Positions 1-9,640 are shown, counted from the stretch's first letter. The stretch is 64,000 nucleotides of DNA from a bacterium (GCA_040752295.1 JBFMFE010000322.1:1682-65681); one strand, 5' to 3'. Program-made: numbers and translations. Notes: a model not told the origin generated them from the sequence alone.

Positions 1-222
1 GAAGACGGGACGCGGCGGTCCCTTGAGCCTCCTGACCGAGTCGTCGCCGTTGATTCCCACCACGAGGAGGTCGCCTTCCCGGCGGGCGCTGTAGAGGCAG
101 TAGATGTGTCCCGGGTGGATGAGGTCGAAACAGCCGTTCGTGAAGGAGATCGTTCTGCCGCGTGCTTTTTCGCGCCTTGAGATTTCCCCTATCTCACCCC
201 GGGAAACGAGTTTCAGCTCCAA
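1..222 (-). CDS. hldC: D-beta-D-heptose 1-phosphate adenylyltransferase (RfaE domain II-like); 3' end truncated by the window edge
   Basis: Reverse-strand translation reads ...[50 protein letters not shown]. It carries the HxGH cytidylyl/adenylyltransferase motif. The probable TTG start at 220-222 overlaps the end of the upstream kinase gene by 10 nt. Confidence 0.6.
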   Translation of the reverse strand, partial: MELKLVSRGEIGEISRREKARGRTISFTNGCFDLIHPGHIYCLYSARREGDLLVVGINGDDSVRRLKGPPRPVF

Positions 223-1211
223 GTTGACTCCATGAACGAGAGAATTTCGTCCGCGGCGGCGGTGGTGGTGCCGCGTTTGCGGACGACGACGCCGGCGGCG
301 AAGTTGGCGAACTCGACGGCGTCCTCGAGCGCCGCGCCGGAGCTGAGGGCGAGCGTGACGGCGGAGATCACCGTGTCGCCCGCGCCCGTCACGTCATACA
401 CCTGGGTCGCCACGGCGGGGAAGAGCACCATGTCCTTCCTGTTGCTGAACAGCGCCATGCCGTCCTCCCCGAGCGTGACCAGCACGCCCGCGGCGCTCAG
501 CTCTTTTCTTATGATTTCGCCGGCTTCCCTGAGGCTTTCCCGGTCTTTTATCTCGACGCCCGATATCAGGGACGCCTCGCTCTTGTTGGGCGTCGCGAGA
601 GTGATGCCCTTGAACAGGGGGGCGTTCTCGGGCTTCATGTCCACGACGATTATCCTGTCGTGCTCCTTGGCGAGGGTTATCAGTCCGTTGATAAGGAACG
701 GGTTGATGACGCCTTTGCGGTAATCGGAGACCGCGATGCCGTGTATCGAAGGCATAATCCCGGAAGCGATTTTGAGAATTTTCGCCGACACTTTTTCGTT
801 GAGGTTATCGGTAACCTCGTAATCGGCGCGCATGACCTGTTGTCCGTGGGCGATGATGCGCACCTTGCACGTGGTGGGGCGTGACGGATCGGTCACGAGC
901 GAATCCGGGCGTATCCCCGCGTCACGGAGAACGTTGCGGAGTATTTTCCCGTTCTCGTCTTTCCCCACGGCGCCCATCAGCGTCGCGGATGCCCCGAGCG
1001 CCGCTATGTTCGCCACGGTGTTCGCCGCCCCGCCGGGGTGGAAGGTGCGCCGTTCTATCTCCACCACGGGGACCGGCGCCTCCGGCGATATGCGGGTCGC
1101 CTTGCCCCATACGTATTCGTCGAGCATCACGTCGCCCACCACTAAAATGCGGCGCTTCCCGAACTTCTTCGCGAGCCTTCTGAACTTTTCTATCTTTTTT
1201 GCCTTCATCAT
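213..1211 (-). CDS. hldA: D-glycero-beta-D-manno-heptose-7-phosphate kinase (PfkB-family carbohydrate kinase, RfaE domain I-like)
   Basis: The six-frame ORF is 213..1256. The sequence [13 protein letters not shown]...[14 protein letters not shown]...DVTGAGDTV is typical of PfkB/RfaE kinases. The start is placed at the internal MMKAKK (1211), since the 15 codons upstream are not conserved-looking. Confidence 0.8.
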   Translation of the reverse strand: MMKAKKIEKFRRLAKKFGKRRILVVGDVMLDEYVWGKATRISPEAPVPVVEIERRTFHPGGAANTVANIAALGASATLMGAVGKDENGKILRNVLRDAGIRPDSLVTDPSRPTTCKVRIIAHGQQVMRADYEVTDNLNEKVSAKILKIASGIMPSIHGIAVSDYRKGVINPFLINGLITLAKEHDRIIVVDMKPENAPLFKGITLATPNKSEASLISGVEIKDRESLREAGEIIRKELSAAGVLVTLGEDGMALFSNRKDMVLFPAVATQVYDVTGAGDTVISAVTLALSSGAALEDAVEFANFAAGVVVRKRGTTTAAADEILSFMESTWS

Positions 1212-1371
1212 GACCCGGTGTCGCTCATTGCGCCCCGGAAGAGCGCGGACGTGCACCCCCCGCCGTTATGGATTCCGGACGATTCGAAATCAGAGATGTT
1301 TTACATCAAAAATCCGCCGGCGCGCAACACTCGCCTCCGCCGCCGGGCGCCGCGGAACAGCCGCCGCCGGG

Positions 1372-3498
1372 CTACCTGCGGTTCGAAAGGCGCGTGTCGA
1401 GGAGAAGAGCCAGCGTCGCGGCGAAGATCAGGAGGGGCAGTAGCGGAGTGTACTCTCTGGCGAAAACGACGTCCACCGCTTCGTCTTTACCCCATCGCCA
1501 CGGGACGAGAACGACGTTGAAACCCGGCATTTTCTTCCTCAAAGCGCTCTCCGACGCTCTTTCAAGGCTGCCCTCTTCGGGCGCGTGGTTGACCGCCGCG
1601 GCGTCGAGCCGCCTGCCGGTCGCGGACGCCGCGATTTCATAGATGCCGGGAGCGACGGCGGCTCTCTCATCCGAGAGTGTGAATTTTTTTCTTTCCCCGT
1701 CAACGGCCGCGAGAGGGACCCTCACGCCGCCGCCGGGCGCCCTGAGTTCGATTTCCTCCCCGATCCTTTTATCGAAGGCGACGGAAAAGTCCGCGCCGTA
1801 CTGAAAAGCGCCCCCGTGCCGCGTGCCCGTTCCGCCGACGTGTCTGCATGCGCCGATCAGCCAGGGGACGAAAACGGGCTGGAGCGCGAGACTCGTCTGG
1901 CGCGGGTTCATCCCGCGGGAGACGAGCAGCACCGTCCCCCGTCCAAGCCGGCTTTCCACGATAAGAGGCTCGCCGCCCTGGAGCGTCGCCAGTATCCTCG
2001 CGCCGGGTCCAGCGGCGCTCACGGAGCCGGCGCCGGAGAACCTCGCCGTCATCAGCTCGGCGAGTCCCTCCCCGAGGTGAGAGAAGATGGGATGGTCCCG
2101 GGCGAGCGTTTCCACGCGGATGAACCGGTCGCCCGCTCCCGGCGCCCCTTCGCCCTGCGCGGCGGGGCGGGTTCTTATCCCCGCGCCGGCGGGGAAAAGC
2201 GTCTCCGCGATTGACTTTGCGGAAGGGTCGCCGCCGCGGGTGAAAACCAGCGCCCCGCCGCCCCTCGTCACGAAGTCGCGCAGGCGTTTCAAGCCCTTCA
2301 GGTCAACGCCCGCGTCCGAAGGCAGCACGGCTGCGTCGTACTCGCGGAGCGGGACGTACGGCAGTTCCGCGGCGGAGCGCAGGCTCGCCCTCACCCATTG
2401 AAACCCCGGTCCCGCGGCGTTCGCCGCCCGGAAAGCCCTGACGATGTAGTAGGCGTCGGACGCCGGGTTCTCCGCGGCGTCGCGCCCCGCCGCCACGAGC
2501 GTTCTCAACGCTTCCCTCGCCTCGAGCCGGAAGTACCACCGGTTGTCCGCTTCGAGCGCGTCCGGGGCGAGGCGCGCCTCGCCGTGGTGAACTCCCGGCT
2601 TCGCGAGAGTCACGCTGAAACACACGCGCCCGCTCCCGCCGCTTCGCGGACCCGCCGTCCGCTCCCCCCGGTTTACCCCGTCCACGATCAGCGACAGCGT
2701 CGCCCGGGCGCCGCCGCTCCCTCTTACCTCGAAGCACAATGGGGCGGGCACGCCGAGTATAAGGCTGCCCGGAGACGGCGCGGGCGCGACGGTGAGATTC
2801 TCTCTCGGGGTTCCTCCAGATGCGTCCACGATCATCGCCGTCACCGGGAACCCGGGACGGGGCAGCGGCTTGAACCGGAACGCGTTTTTCTGGACGTCGC
2901 CGGCGATCACGATTTTCCTCTCGGTCGCCGTGGACGCCGACAGCTTTCGCACGGCGTCCTTCAGGGCGGTCGAGAGGTCGTTATCGCAGTAATCCGGCCC
3001 GCTCCCGCGCAGGACCTTCATCGCCGCGGCGTTCCCGCTTCCCGCGGTCGAATAGACCCTCCCTGCGTTTTTCCCGCAGAGGAAGGTTATAAAGATTTCC
3101 TCGCCGCCGGCGGCGTCGCCGATGATCCCGCCCGCGAATTCCTTCGCGCGGTCGTACGTGGTCGCCCCCCTCGAACGCCATCTCATGCTCATGGAGTTGT
3201 CCATGATGATGAACACGGCGGTTGAGGCGCGGCTCGCGCCCGCGCCCCACGGCTTTCCCCTCGCCAGCGGCATCGCGAAGGACAGCGTGATCAGCGCCAC
3301 GCCGGACACGCGGCACAGCAGCGCCAGCAGGTGGTGAAGCGTGACGGACCGCATGCTCCGCCGGCGCGCCGTCCGCAGGAACATCAGCGAGGAGAACGGC
3401 ACCTGCGCGTACCTCTGCCGCGTGAAAAGGTGGAGAACAACCGGTATGCCCGTCAGCAGCAATCCGGCGAGAAACACCGGCTGGAAGAAATGAAGCAC
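1372..3498 (-). CDS. BatA-like membrane protein with N-terminal double-TM segment and von Willebrand factor A domain
   Basis: The N-terminus MLHFFQPVFLAGLLLTGIPVVLHLF is the BatA-type double-TM domain. It is followed by a VWA domain with a MIDAS DxSxS motif (FIIMDNSMSM). The gene lies immediately downstream of a DUF58 gene, the canonical MoxR-DUF58-VWA order. Confidence 0.6.
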   Translation of the reverse strand: MLHFFQPVFLAGLLLTGIPVVLHLFTRQRYAQVPFSSLMFLRTARRRSMRSVTLHHLLALLCRVSGVALITLSFAMPLARGKPWGAGASRASTAVFIIMDNSMSMRWRSRGATTYDRAKEFAGGIIGDAAGGEEIFITFLCGKNAGRVYSTAGSGNAAAMKVLRGSGPDYCDNDLSTALKDAVRKLSASTATERKIVIAGDVQKNAFRFKPLPRPGFPVTAMIVDASGGTPRENLTVAPAPSPGSLILGVPAPLCFEVRGSGGARATLSLIVDGVNRGERTAGPRSGGSGRVCFSVTLAKPGVHHGEARLAPDALEADNRWYFRLEAREALRTLVAAGRDAAENPASDAYYIVRAFRAANAAGPGFQWVRASLRSAAELPYVPLREYDAAVLPSDAGVDLKGLKRLRDFVTRGGGALVFTRGGDPSAKSIAETLFPAGAGIRTRPAAQGEGAPGAGDRFIRVETLARDHPIFSHLGEGLAELMTARFSGAGSVSAAGPGARILATLQGGEPLIVESRLGRGTVLLVSRGMNPRQTSLALQPVFVPWLIGACRHVGGTGTRHGGAFQYGADFSVAFDKRIGEEIELRAPGGGVRVPLAAVDGERKKFTLSDERAAVAPGIYEIAASATGRRLDAAAVNHAPEEGSLERASESALRKKMPGFNVVLVPWRWGKDEAVDVVFAREYTPLLPLLIFAATLALLLDTRLSNRR

Positions 3499-3501
3499 CC
3501 T

Positions 3502-4407
3502 CTACCGCCTCTTTCTGAGTTCCCTTCTGGAAAGAAATTCCATCAGCGTTTTTTCCACCGGCGTGGACGTCGAGGTCGCGCTGAAATCTATTCCAGCCTG
3601 CCGGCAGAAATCCGTGTAACCGCCGATGAATTTCCTGAGGTTTCTGATGTACTGTCTTCGGACCGCGGCGGGTTCGACCGTCATCGCCCGCCGAGTTTCC
3701 ATGTCCGTGAACCGGGACGACCGGGAATAGGGGAAGGTCAGTTCCGCCTCGTCCATCACGTGGAAGACCGCAACGTCGTGCCCTGACCTCTTCATGAGCA
3801 TGAGGGTGCGGGTTACGGGCGCGGTTTCTTCGAGAAGGTCGCTTATGAGAACGACGAACGACCGGCGCTTGAGCTGGGAGGCGAGGTTTTCGAGCGAGCG
3901 GGCGACGGCGGTTTCCCCTCCCCCCGTTCCGCCCTCTATCGCGGCTAAAATGCGGTAGAGGTGCTCCCGGGCGTTGCGCGGCTCTATCGTGACGATTGGG
4001 GACGAGTCGAACGAGAGAAATCCCACCGCGTCCCCCTGTTTCAGGAACAGGTACGCGATCGCCACGGCGAGCACGCTGGCGTAGTCCAGCTTTGTCTCCC
4101 CCGCGGCGTTGCTCCCGAACCGCATCGAAGCGCTGGAATCCAGCAGAATCCTCGCCTGGAGCGAGGTCTCTTCCTCGTGCTGTTTCACGAAGTACCGGTC
4201 GGATTTCGCGTACAGCTTCCAGTCAACGTGACGCAGGTCGTCTCCAGGGGTGTATTCCCTGTGTTCGAGAAACTCGACGTTGAACCCCCGCCCGCGGCTC
4301 CTGTGCAGTCCCGTGAGAAGCCCTTCCACGACGGTGCGTGCGCGAAGCTCCATCCGCGATATCTTCTCGAGTATATCGGGCGAGAGGTAACGGGTTTTTT
4401 CGATCAT
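3502..4407 (-). CDS. DUF58 domain protein (MoxR-operon associated)
   Basis: RGRGFNVEFLEHREYTPGDDLRHVDWKLYAKSDRYFVK matches the DUF58 signature. A 4-nt gap separates it from the downstream VWA gene. Confidence 0.7.
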   Translation of the reverse strand: MIEKTRYLSPDILEKISRMELRARTVVEGLLTGLHRSRGRGFNVEFLEHREYTPGDDLRHVDWKLYAKSDRYFVKQHEEETSLQARILLDSSASMRFGSNAAGETKLDYASVLAVAIAYLFLKQGDAVGFLSFDSSPIVTIEPRNAREHLYRILAAIEGGTGGGETAVARSLENLASQLKRRSFVVLISDLLEETAPVTRTLMLMKRSGHDVAVFHVMDEAELTFPYSRSSRFTDMETRRAMTVEPAAVRRQYIRNLRKFIGGYTDFCRQAGIDFSATSTSTPVEKTLMEFLSRRELRKRR

Positions 4408-4533
4408 CTCTTCATCGCCCGCGGCGCCTGGTTTTTATCCCGCATGCCCCGCCTGCGGCGCCGCCGCGCGCCGCGTTTCTCCGGTGTGATTTTGAATCAG
4501 CCCTTTTAAAACAATATAATAAATAAAAAGGGC

Positions 4534-5322
4534 GTGAGCGGAAACAATCCGTGGGGAGTTGACCTGAAAATCGCAGAGACCGTCGGAATCGTGGGCGTTC
4601 CTCCGTGGGAAATGATGCGGGAACGCATCGAAAAGGGCGACGAAATCGTAGACCTGGATGAGCCGGTACCGGGTTTTCCCGTGCGCGACGGGTACCTTCC
4701 GACGAATTACTGCGCCATCCTCAAGCGGGTGGTCTCGAACATCTTTTCCCTCCGGGAAGCCGGAAGGCTCCACCGTGTGATCGCCTGCGTTGGCGACGAT
4801 AAGTGCGACGGCATGAGACACATAGCGCGGTGGCTCTCGACCGCCACGGATATACCCGTCGAACGGGTTCGAAACGACAGCGCCAGCGGGTACGGAACGC
4901 CGATCTGCGAGAGTCACCTTCCGCTGCGCGCCAAGTTCGAGCTGATCGTGGAGGGCGTTTTCAGGACGCCCCGCCCGCCGGAACCCCTCCGCAAGGCGGC
5001 GCCGCGATGCGGTTTCTGGGGCGTGCCCCCGGCGGATTTCGACGTCCTCGAGCTTTTTCCCGACGGCACTCACGTGTACGGCTGGACGAGATGCATGGAG
5101 AACAAGACGCCGGGCGATTTCGAACTCGAATGCCTCGTGGACCCCGGCGTCCCGACCGTTTTCTTCGTTCAATCCTTCTGCCAGAAATCGGCGCTCGCGT
5201 TCAACCTCGCAAAGAAACACGGCGGGTTGTTCGTGGAGGTGGATTCGCGCCTGTCCCGCTCGGCGAGGGCCAAGATAGAGGCATTCATCCGTTTCAACGC
5301 CGCGGCTGCCGACACGCGGTGA
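4534..5322 (+). CDS. cysteine-rich hypothetical protein, possibly related to the 2-hydroxyacyl-CoA dehydratase (HgdB/D) component family; partner of the activase ATPase
   Basis: The 262-aa ORF has protein-like composition and eight Cys residues (NYCAIL, IACVGDDKCDG, PICES, TRCME and others). It lies 35 nt upstream of an HgdC-type activase on the same strand. Assignment to the family is uncertain. Confidence 0.4.
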   Translation: MSGNNPWGVDLKIAETVGIVGVPPWEMMRERIEKGDEIVDLDEPVPGFPVRDGYLPTNYCAILKRVVSNIFSLREAGRLHRVIACVGDDKCDGMRHIARWLSTATDIPVERVRNDSASGYGTPICESHLPLRAKFELIVEGVFRTPRPPEPLRKAAPRCGFWGVPPADFDVLELFPDGTHVYGWTRCMENKTPGDFELECLVDPGVPTVFFVQSFCQKSALAFNLAKKHGGLFVEVDSRLSRSARAKIEAFIRFNAAAADTR

Positions 5323-5357
5323 AGAGAATCGGGGGCGGAGTTCAGGAGACCCGGACA

Positions 5358-6038
5358 ATGAAAAGGGTCGTGGTTGACGGCGGCACGTGTTACACGAAGC
5401 TGCACTATCTCGATTCCGGACGGCGCCGGATCGTTCCCACCCGGCGTTTTTTTCAAAGCCGGAACGATTACCGCGTGGCCGCCGCCACCGGACATAACGC
5501 GCACAGAACCGCCCGGAGGAGGGTGAACGAACTCGTCGCCCTCGCCGAGGGAACGATGCGGCTCGTGCCCGACGACGATTTCACCGTTCTGGACTGCGGC
5601 GCGCGCGACGTCAAGTACGTGACTATTAAAGGACGGCGCGTCGCCGCCATGGACTGGAACACCGAGTGCGGGGCGTTCGCGGGGCAGATGATCGATCTGC
5701 TTCAGCGATATTTCGGCATACAGCCCGACCGCCTGCCGCGGGACAGTAAGCGCATCCCGGTCGTGTGCGGCGTTTTAGGCATGACGTATCTTTTCGACCG
5801 CGTTTCCCAGGGCGCAACGCACGAGGAGGCTTTCGCCGAGTTCCTGCGCGGCGTCTCTCATAACTGCGAATCGCTCGTCGGGAAACCGGACAGGCTGTAC
5901 GTGTCCGGGGGATTGTGCATGAACAGGGCGTTCCTCGAGAGCTTCTCATGCGAGGTCGTACCGCTGGGCAGGTTCGTTCTCGTCGAGGGACTGCTTTCGG
6001 TTGTGGGGCGGCGCGGTCTCGGGTTTGATGGACCTTGA
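5358..6038 (+). CDS. BadF/BadG/BcrA/BcrD-type ATPase (CoA-substrate-specific enzyme activase, HgdC-like)
   Basis: MKRVVVDGGTCYTKL, TVLDCGARDVKYVTI and WNTECGAFAGQMIDLL align with the HgdC motifs (IDVGST, IDIGGQDxKVI, NDKCAAGTGRFLD), including the cluster-ligand Cys. The six-frame ORF 4803..6038 has an Arg-rich spurious N-extension. The real start is the ATG at 5358. Confidence 0.75.
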   Translation: MKRVVVDGGTCYTKLHYLDSGRRRIVPTRRFFQSRNDYRVAAATGHNAHRTARRRVNELVALAEGTMRLVPDDDFTVLDCGARDVKYVTIKGRRVAAMDWNTECGAFAGQMIDLLQRYFGIQPDRLPRDSKRIPVVCGVLGMTYLFDRVSQGATHEEAFAEFLRGVSHNCESLVGKPDRLYVSGGLCMNRAFLESFSCEVVPLGRFVLVEGLLSVVGRRGLGFDGP

Positions 6039-6088
6039 CGGCGGGTATTTAAAAGCAGCGGAAGGGTTGAGACGGGGGGGGTGAGGAG

Positions 6089-6331
6089 ATGCCGGTTCGA
6101 AAGCGGCGGATTTTCAAGCGGCGTTCGTACTCGAAGAGGGTGATTGCTTCGAGGGGGTTGGCGTGGGTCGCTCTTTTTGTCGCGGCGCTGCTTCTTCTTT
6201 TCATCTTCGCCGCGTACGTCTGGCCCCCGCTCGCGGGAGAAAAATTTCTCACGAGTCCCTCTTCAGGCAAGAAGTACACTCCCGGCGAGGCTGTAAAAAA
6301 GACGGTGGACAGAATCAGAGGGCTGGATTAG
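6089..6331 (+). CDS. small membrane protein (hypothetical)
   Basis: 80 aa with a basic N-terminus, one clear TM helix (LAWVALFVAALLLLFIFAAYVW) and a strong GGTGAGGAG Shine-Dalgarno 5 nt upstream. Confidence 0.4.
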   Translation: MPVRKRRIFKRRSYSKRVIASRGLAWVALFVAALLLLFIFAAYVWPPLAGEKFLTSPSSGKKYTPGEAVKKTVDRIRGLD

Positions 6332-6370
6332 GCTGGGTTCTTCAGCGTTCCGGGTTCGCGCGGTCGGGTA

Positions 6371-7141
6371 TCAGTCGTCCTCGAAGATCGCCACGGCGCG
6401 GCACCACCCGGCGCTGCCCCCGGCGACTTTTATGGGAAACGCCGCTACCCTGAATCCGTAGGGTCTGGGTATCGCGCCGAGGTTGGTCAGCTTTTCGATG
6501 TGGCAGTATTCCCGCTCCCGCCCCGCGAAGTGACCGGGCCACAGGGCGCCGGGCGCGCTGGCTTTGTGGTCCGCGAGCATGTGGAGGAACGGGCGGTCCC
6601 AGCCGTAGCCGTCGGTTCCCATGACGCGGACTCCCTGCTCTATGAGCCAGAGGGTCGCTTCCCGGCTCATTCCCGGATGCGCGCCCAGGTATTCGAGCGA
6701 GCCCCACTTCCGGTCGGCGCCCGTGCGGATGAGAACTATGTCCCCTGGCTGGATGGCATAGTCAATCTTTTCGAGAGCCTCCTGAAGGTCCCTGACCGTG
6801 ACGTATTCTCCCGGTTTTTTGGAGGTGAGGTCGAGGACGACGCCGTTCCCGAAGCACCATTCGAGCGGAACCTGATCAATCGTCTTTGAGGGTTCTCCTT
6901 CCGCGGTGGGACCGAAGTGGAAGGGAGCGTCCAGGTGCGTCCCGGCGTGCGTGATGCCCTGCACCTCTTCCCACGCAAGCCCCATTCCGTCCGGGAAATC
7001 GTCGGGAGGGACCTCCTGCGCGGCGCCGAGTTTTTCCGCCCCGTCGCGGTGTGAAAACCTTGTGATTTTAGCGGGGAACGGCTCCGACGGAGAATCGTGC
7101 TCGAGCGGCACCGAAAGGTCTATGATCCTTGTTCTACCCAT
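6371..7141 (-). CDS. cyclase-family protein (kynurenine formamidase-like metal-dependent hydrolase)
   Basis: The HAGTHLDAPFHF motif and overall length fit the putative-cyclase family (PF04199). The start is placed at the internal MGRTRIIDLS. The ORF can be extended to 7183. Confidence 0.75.
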   Translation of the reverse strand: MGRTRIIDLSVPLEHDSPSEPFPAKITRFSHRDGAEKLGAAQEVPPDDFPDGMGLAWEEVQGITHAGTHLDAPFHFGPTAEGEPSKTIDQVPLEWCFGNGVVLDLTSKKPGEYVTVRDLQEALEKIDYAIQPGDIVLIRTGADRKWGSLEYLGAHPGMSREATLWLIEQGVRVMGTDGYGWDRPFLHMLADHKASAPGALWPGHFAGREREYCHIEKLTNLGAIPRPYGFRVAAFPIKVAGGSAGWCRAVAIFEDD

Positions 7142-7210
7142 CGTCACGCATCCCTTCGTTTGAATTTCCGCTGCCGCCGCCACCGCGGTCCTGTTGTGTT
7201 GAATCGTTCC

Positions 7211-8170
7211 TTATTTACCCGGCTGGGCGGTCCGCGGCGGTTCCGGTTTCGCGCGTCCGGCGGTTTCAGGCTCCATCAGCCTCTTCGCTTCGTCCACCGC
7301 TTTCTCGTCCTCGAGGTAAAAATCCTCGCGGAGTGCGGCAGCCCGCAGGATGTATGCCCGTATCGCTTTCTGCCGCTCTTCGGAACAGCCGAACCTGCAG
7401 CCGCTCCTCATGCGGTCGAGCGACCGCACGAGGGGGACGTCGCTGTCGAAGTATCCCTTCATTTCCTCCATCCTGACGTCCTCGCCGGTTATTTTTTTCT
7501 CAACGTGGAGTTTCACCATGTTTTCCTCGAAGTCCGCTCCGCGCACGAGGATGGGCGCCTCTTCGATGTTTTCGTCGAGCCAATCGTGGAGTTGCCCGTT
7601 GAACCGGGGTGTGTATTCTCCCAGCAGCCAGTGAACGGGGAGGGGGAGTATCCCGAGCCGGGCGCCCGCCAGGTATACATAAGGATACTTTTTCTCCCAC
7701 TTGATCCCGACGTCAATTATGACGCTCAGATTGGTCGTCATTCTGCTCTTTTCGCCGAGTGCGCGTATGTTTTCATCGAGGGACTTCTGTTTCATCTTGT
7801 TGATGATGAACTTCCTCAGGTTTTCAAAGGATATCTCGCAGCGGAATCTTATGATGCCTTTCTTCAAATAAATGTACGGGTAAATGATGGGAAAGCCTTC
7901 GCGCACCGGAAAGTACTGGTCGAGAAGCGCGTTTGCTTCCAGTTCCGTCACGACGAAGTCCATTTCCAGTTCGCCGCCTTGAAAAAGGTTTCTCTGGATG
8001 TTCTCGAACTGTATTTTCAGGTTTTCCCTCGCGACGGGATATATGTACTGGCGCACGTCGCTCTTGACGCGAACCGCCGGGGGCGGGGAGGTGATAAAGA
8101 GGTAAACCGTGGCGACGGCGAAAAAAACCAGGACAGTGAGACATCCGAAGATTTTGAAGAGCGGCTTCAT
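7211..8170 (-). CDS. hypothetical membrane-anchored protein
   Basis: 319 aa with an N-terminal TM or signal anchor (LFKIFGCLTVLVFFAVATVYLFI) and a Lys/Glu-rich body. Local composition is more AT-rich than its neighbours. Confidence 0.5.
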   Translation of the reverse strand: MKPLFKIFGCLTVLVFFAVATVYLFITSPPPAVRVKSDVRQYIYPVARENLKIQFENIQRNLFQGGELEMDFVVTELEANALLDQYFPVREGFPIIYPYIYLKKGIIRFRCEISFENLRKFIINKMKQKSLDENIRALGEKSRMTTNLSVIIDVGIKWEKKYPYVYLAGARLGILPLPVHWLLGEYTPRFNGQLHDWLDENIEEAPILVRGADFEENMVKLHVEKKITGEDVRMEEMKGYFDSDVPLVRSLDRMRSGCRFGCSEERQKAIRAYILRAAALREDFYLEDEKAVDEAKRLMEPETAGRAKPEPPRTAQPGK

Positions 8171-8278
8171 TGCTTTGGTTCGTTTTTGCGAAATTCGGAT
8201 GCAAAAATCATTTTTGTTTCGGAAAGACGAAACAATAACTACGGAATCCCGAAATATTGTTTCGGATTTCCACCGCTG

Positions 8279-9640
8279 TCATCCCCCGGCGCCTGCGACG
8301 TTGAGCCTGCCGATAAGCAGCGACGGAAACACGTTGCCGGCGTCGTCCCTGTAGTCCTTCGATATCTCCTCTATTCCCGCTATGACGTCGAGCACGTTAC
8401 CGCCGATCATTGTGTTGGCGACCGGATAGGCAAGCTCGCCTTTTTCTATCTTCCAGCCGTAGTCAACCGTCGCCGAAAAGTCCCCGGTGGCGGGATTCGG
8501 GCTGAGAGACGATGATTCGATGTAGATCGCCTCGTTCAGGGGGGAGATGATCTCTTTTTCCGTCCTGGCGCCCGTGGACGCGCGGATGTTGGTGTGACCG
8601 ATTCCCACGCTTGAATGGTAGCCGCCCCGGGAGGCGTGGGCTGTGTTAGGCTCGCCCGATTTTCCCGACGTGTAGGAGTTGTGGAAGAACCCCGCCAGTG
8701 TTCCGCCGTCAACGAAGACGAAACGCCGGTGAGGCACGCCTTCCCCGTCGAACGGCGAGGAGCCGATCCCGCCCGGAACGGTTCCGTCGTCGGCGATTGA
8801 CAGTGTGTCCGCGGCGATTTTCTTACCCTTTTTCCCGACGAGATACGATCTTTTTCTCTGAACGTTCTCGGCGCTCGCCGCCCCGCACAGTTCTTCGAAC
8901 AGCTCCGCCGACGCGAGGGGACCGAGGACGACGGTGTATGCGCCCGACCTGATCTTTCTTGAGTCGAGATACGAGAGCGCCCGCCGTACCGTTCTTCGGG
9001 CGAGTTCCGCGCGGGATTCCACGCCGCCGAGTGAGCGCGCGCGGGAGAAATCGTAGAAGGACGCCGCGGAGCCGTTTCTGCGTATCACGGCGAAGACGTA
9101 GACGTGCGCCGAGGTGAAGCGTTCCTCCGCGGCGGCGCCCAGAGAGTTGACCACGCAGGCGGACCCTGCGGCGAGCCTCACGCCCGCGCGGATGATCGCG
9201 TCGGGTGCGGTCTCCTTCCCGGCTTCGATGATCTCCTCCGCCCATTGAATCGCCGTCCGGTGCTTCAGGTCCGCGATTTCACGGTCGTAAAGCCCCGCCA
9301 CCTCTACGTGTTTCATGGGAGGGGGGAGTGTGCGGAAATCGGGGTCGGGCTGCGCGTGCCTTGCCATCCCGGCGGCTTCCACGCCCGCTGCTTTGACCTC
9401 TTCTTCCGCGATGCGCGAGACACGCGAAAATCCGACGCCGCCCCCGCGGAACGCCCGCACACAAAGCCCCGGGTCCTCTTTCGCGTCGCAGCAGCGCAGA
9501 CTGCCGGCTTCAACTTCAACCTCTATCACCCTTGAATTTTGAACGAACGCCTCCGCCTGATCGGCGCCCGCGGAAAGCGAAGCCCTGCACCCAATCTCGC
9601 CGTATTCGATAAGACCCTGCAGGAACGGAGCGTCGTTCAT
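8279..9640 (-). CDS. TldD/PmbA-family metalloprotease (PmbA-like)
   Basis: 453 aa. The C-terminal region GGYHSSVGIGHTNI...ESSSLSPNPATGDFSATVDYGWKIEKGE...GNVLD is characteristic of the PmbA/TldD family. Confidence 0.75.
   Translation of the reverse strand: MNDAPFLQGLIEYGEIGCRASLSAGADQAEAFVQNSRVIEVEVEAGSLRCCDAKEDPGLCVRAFRGGGVGFSRVSRIAEEEVKAAGVEAAGMARHAQPDPDFRTLPPPMKHVEVAGLYDREIADLKHRTAIQWAEEIIEAGKETAPDAIIRAGVRLAAGSACVVNSLGAAAEERFTSAHVYVFAVIRRNGSAASFYDFSRARSLGGVESRAELARRTVRRALSYLDSRKIRSGAYTVVLGPLASAELFEELCGAASAENVQRKRSYLVGKKGKKIAADTLSIADDGTVPGGIGSSPFDGEGVPHRRFVFVDGGTLAGFFHNSYTSGKSGEPNTAHASRGGYHSSVGIGHTNIRASTGARTEKEIISPLNEAIYIESSSLSPNPATGDFSATVDYGWKIEKGELAYPVANTMIGGNVLDVIAGIEEISKDYRDDAGNVFPSLLIGRLNVAGAGG

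Noticed and set aside
4803-5357. N-terminal 185 codons of the 4803..6038 ORF
   Set aside because: This Arg-rich extension overlaps the upstream gene in another frame. Homology to activase ATPases begins exactly at the internal ATG at 5358.
4435-5358. 307-aa minus-strand ORF upstream of DUF58, examined as a possible MoxR
   Set aside because: It has no Walker A/B motifs and low-complexity Arg-rich sequence. The plus-strand ORFs covering the same DNA include a definite HgdC-type ATPase. No MoxR is encoded here.
7097-8515. 472-aa plus-strand ORF spanning the cyclase, hypothetical and pmbA region
   Set aside because: It is antisense to three minus-strand genes and has RR-rich low-complexity composition.
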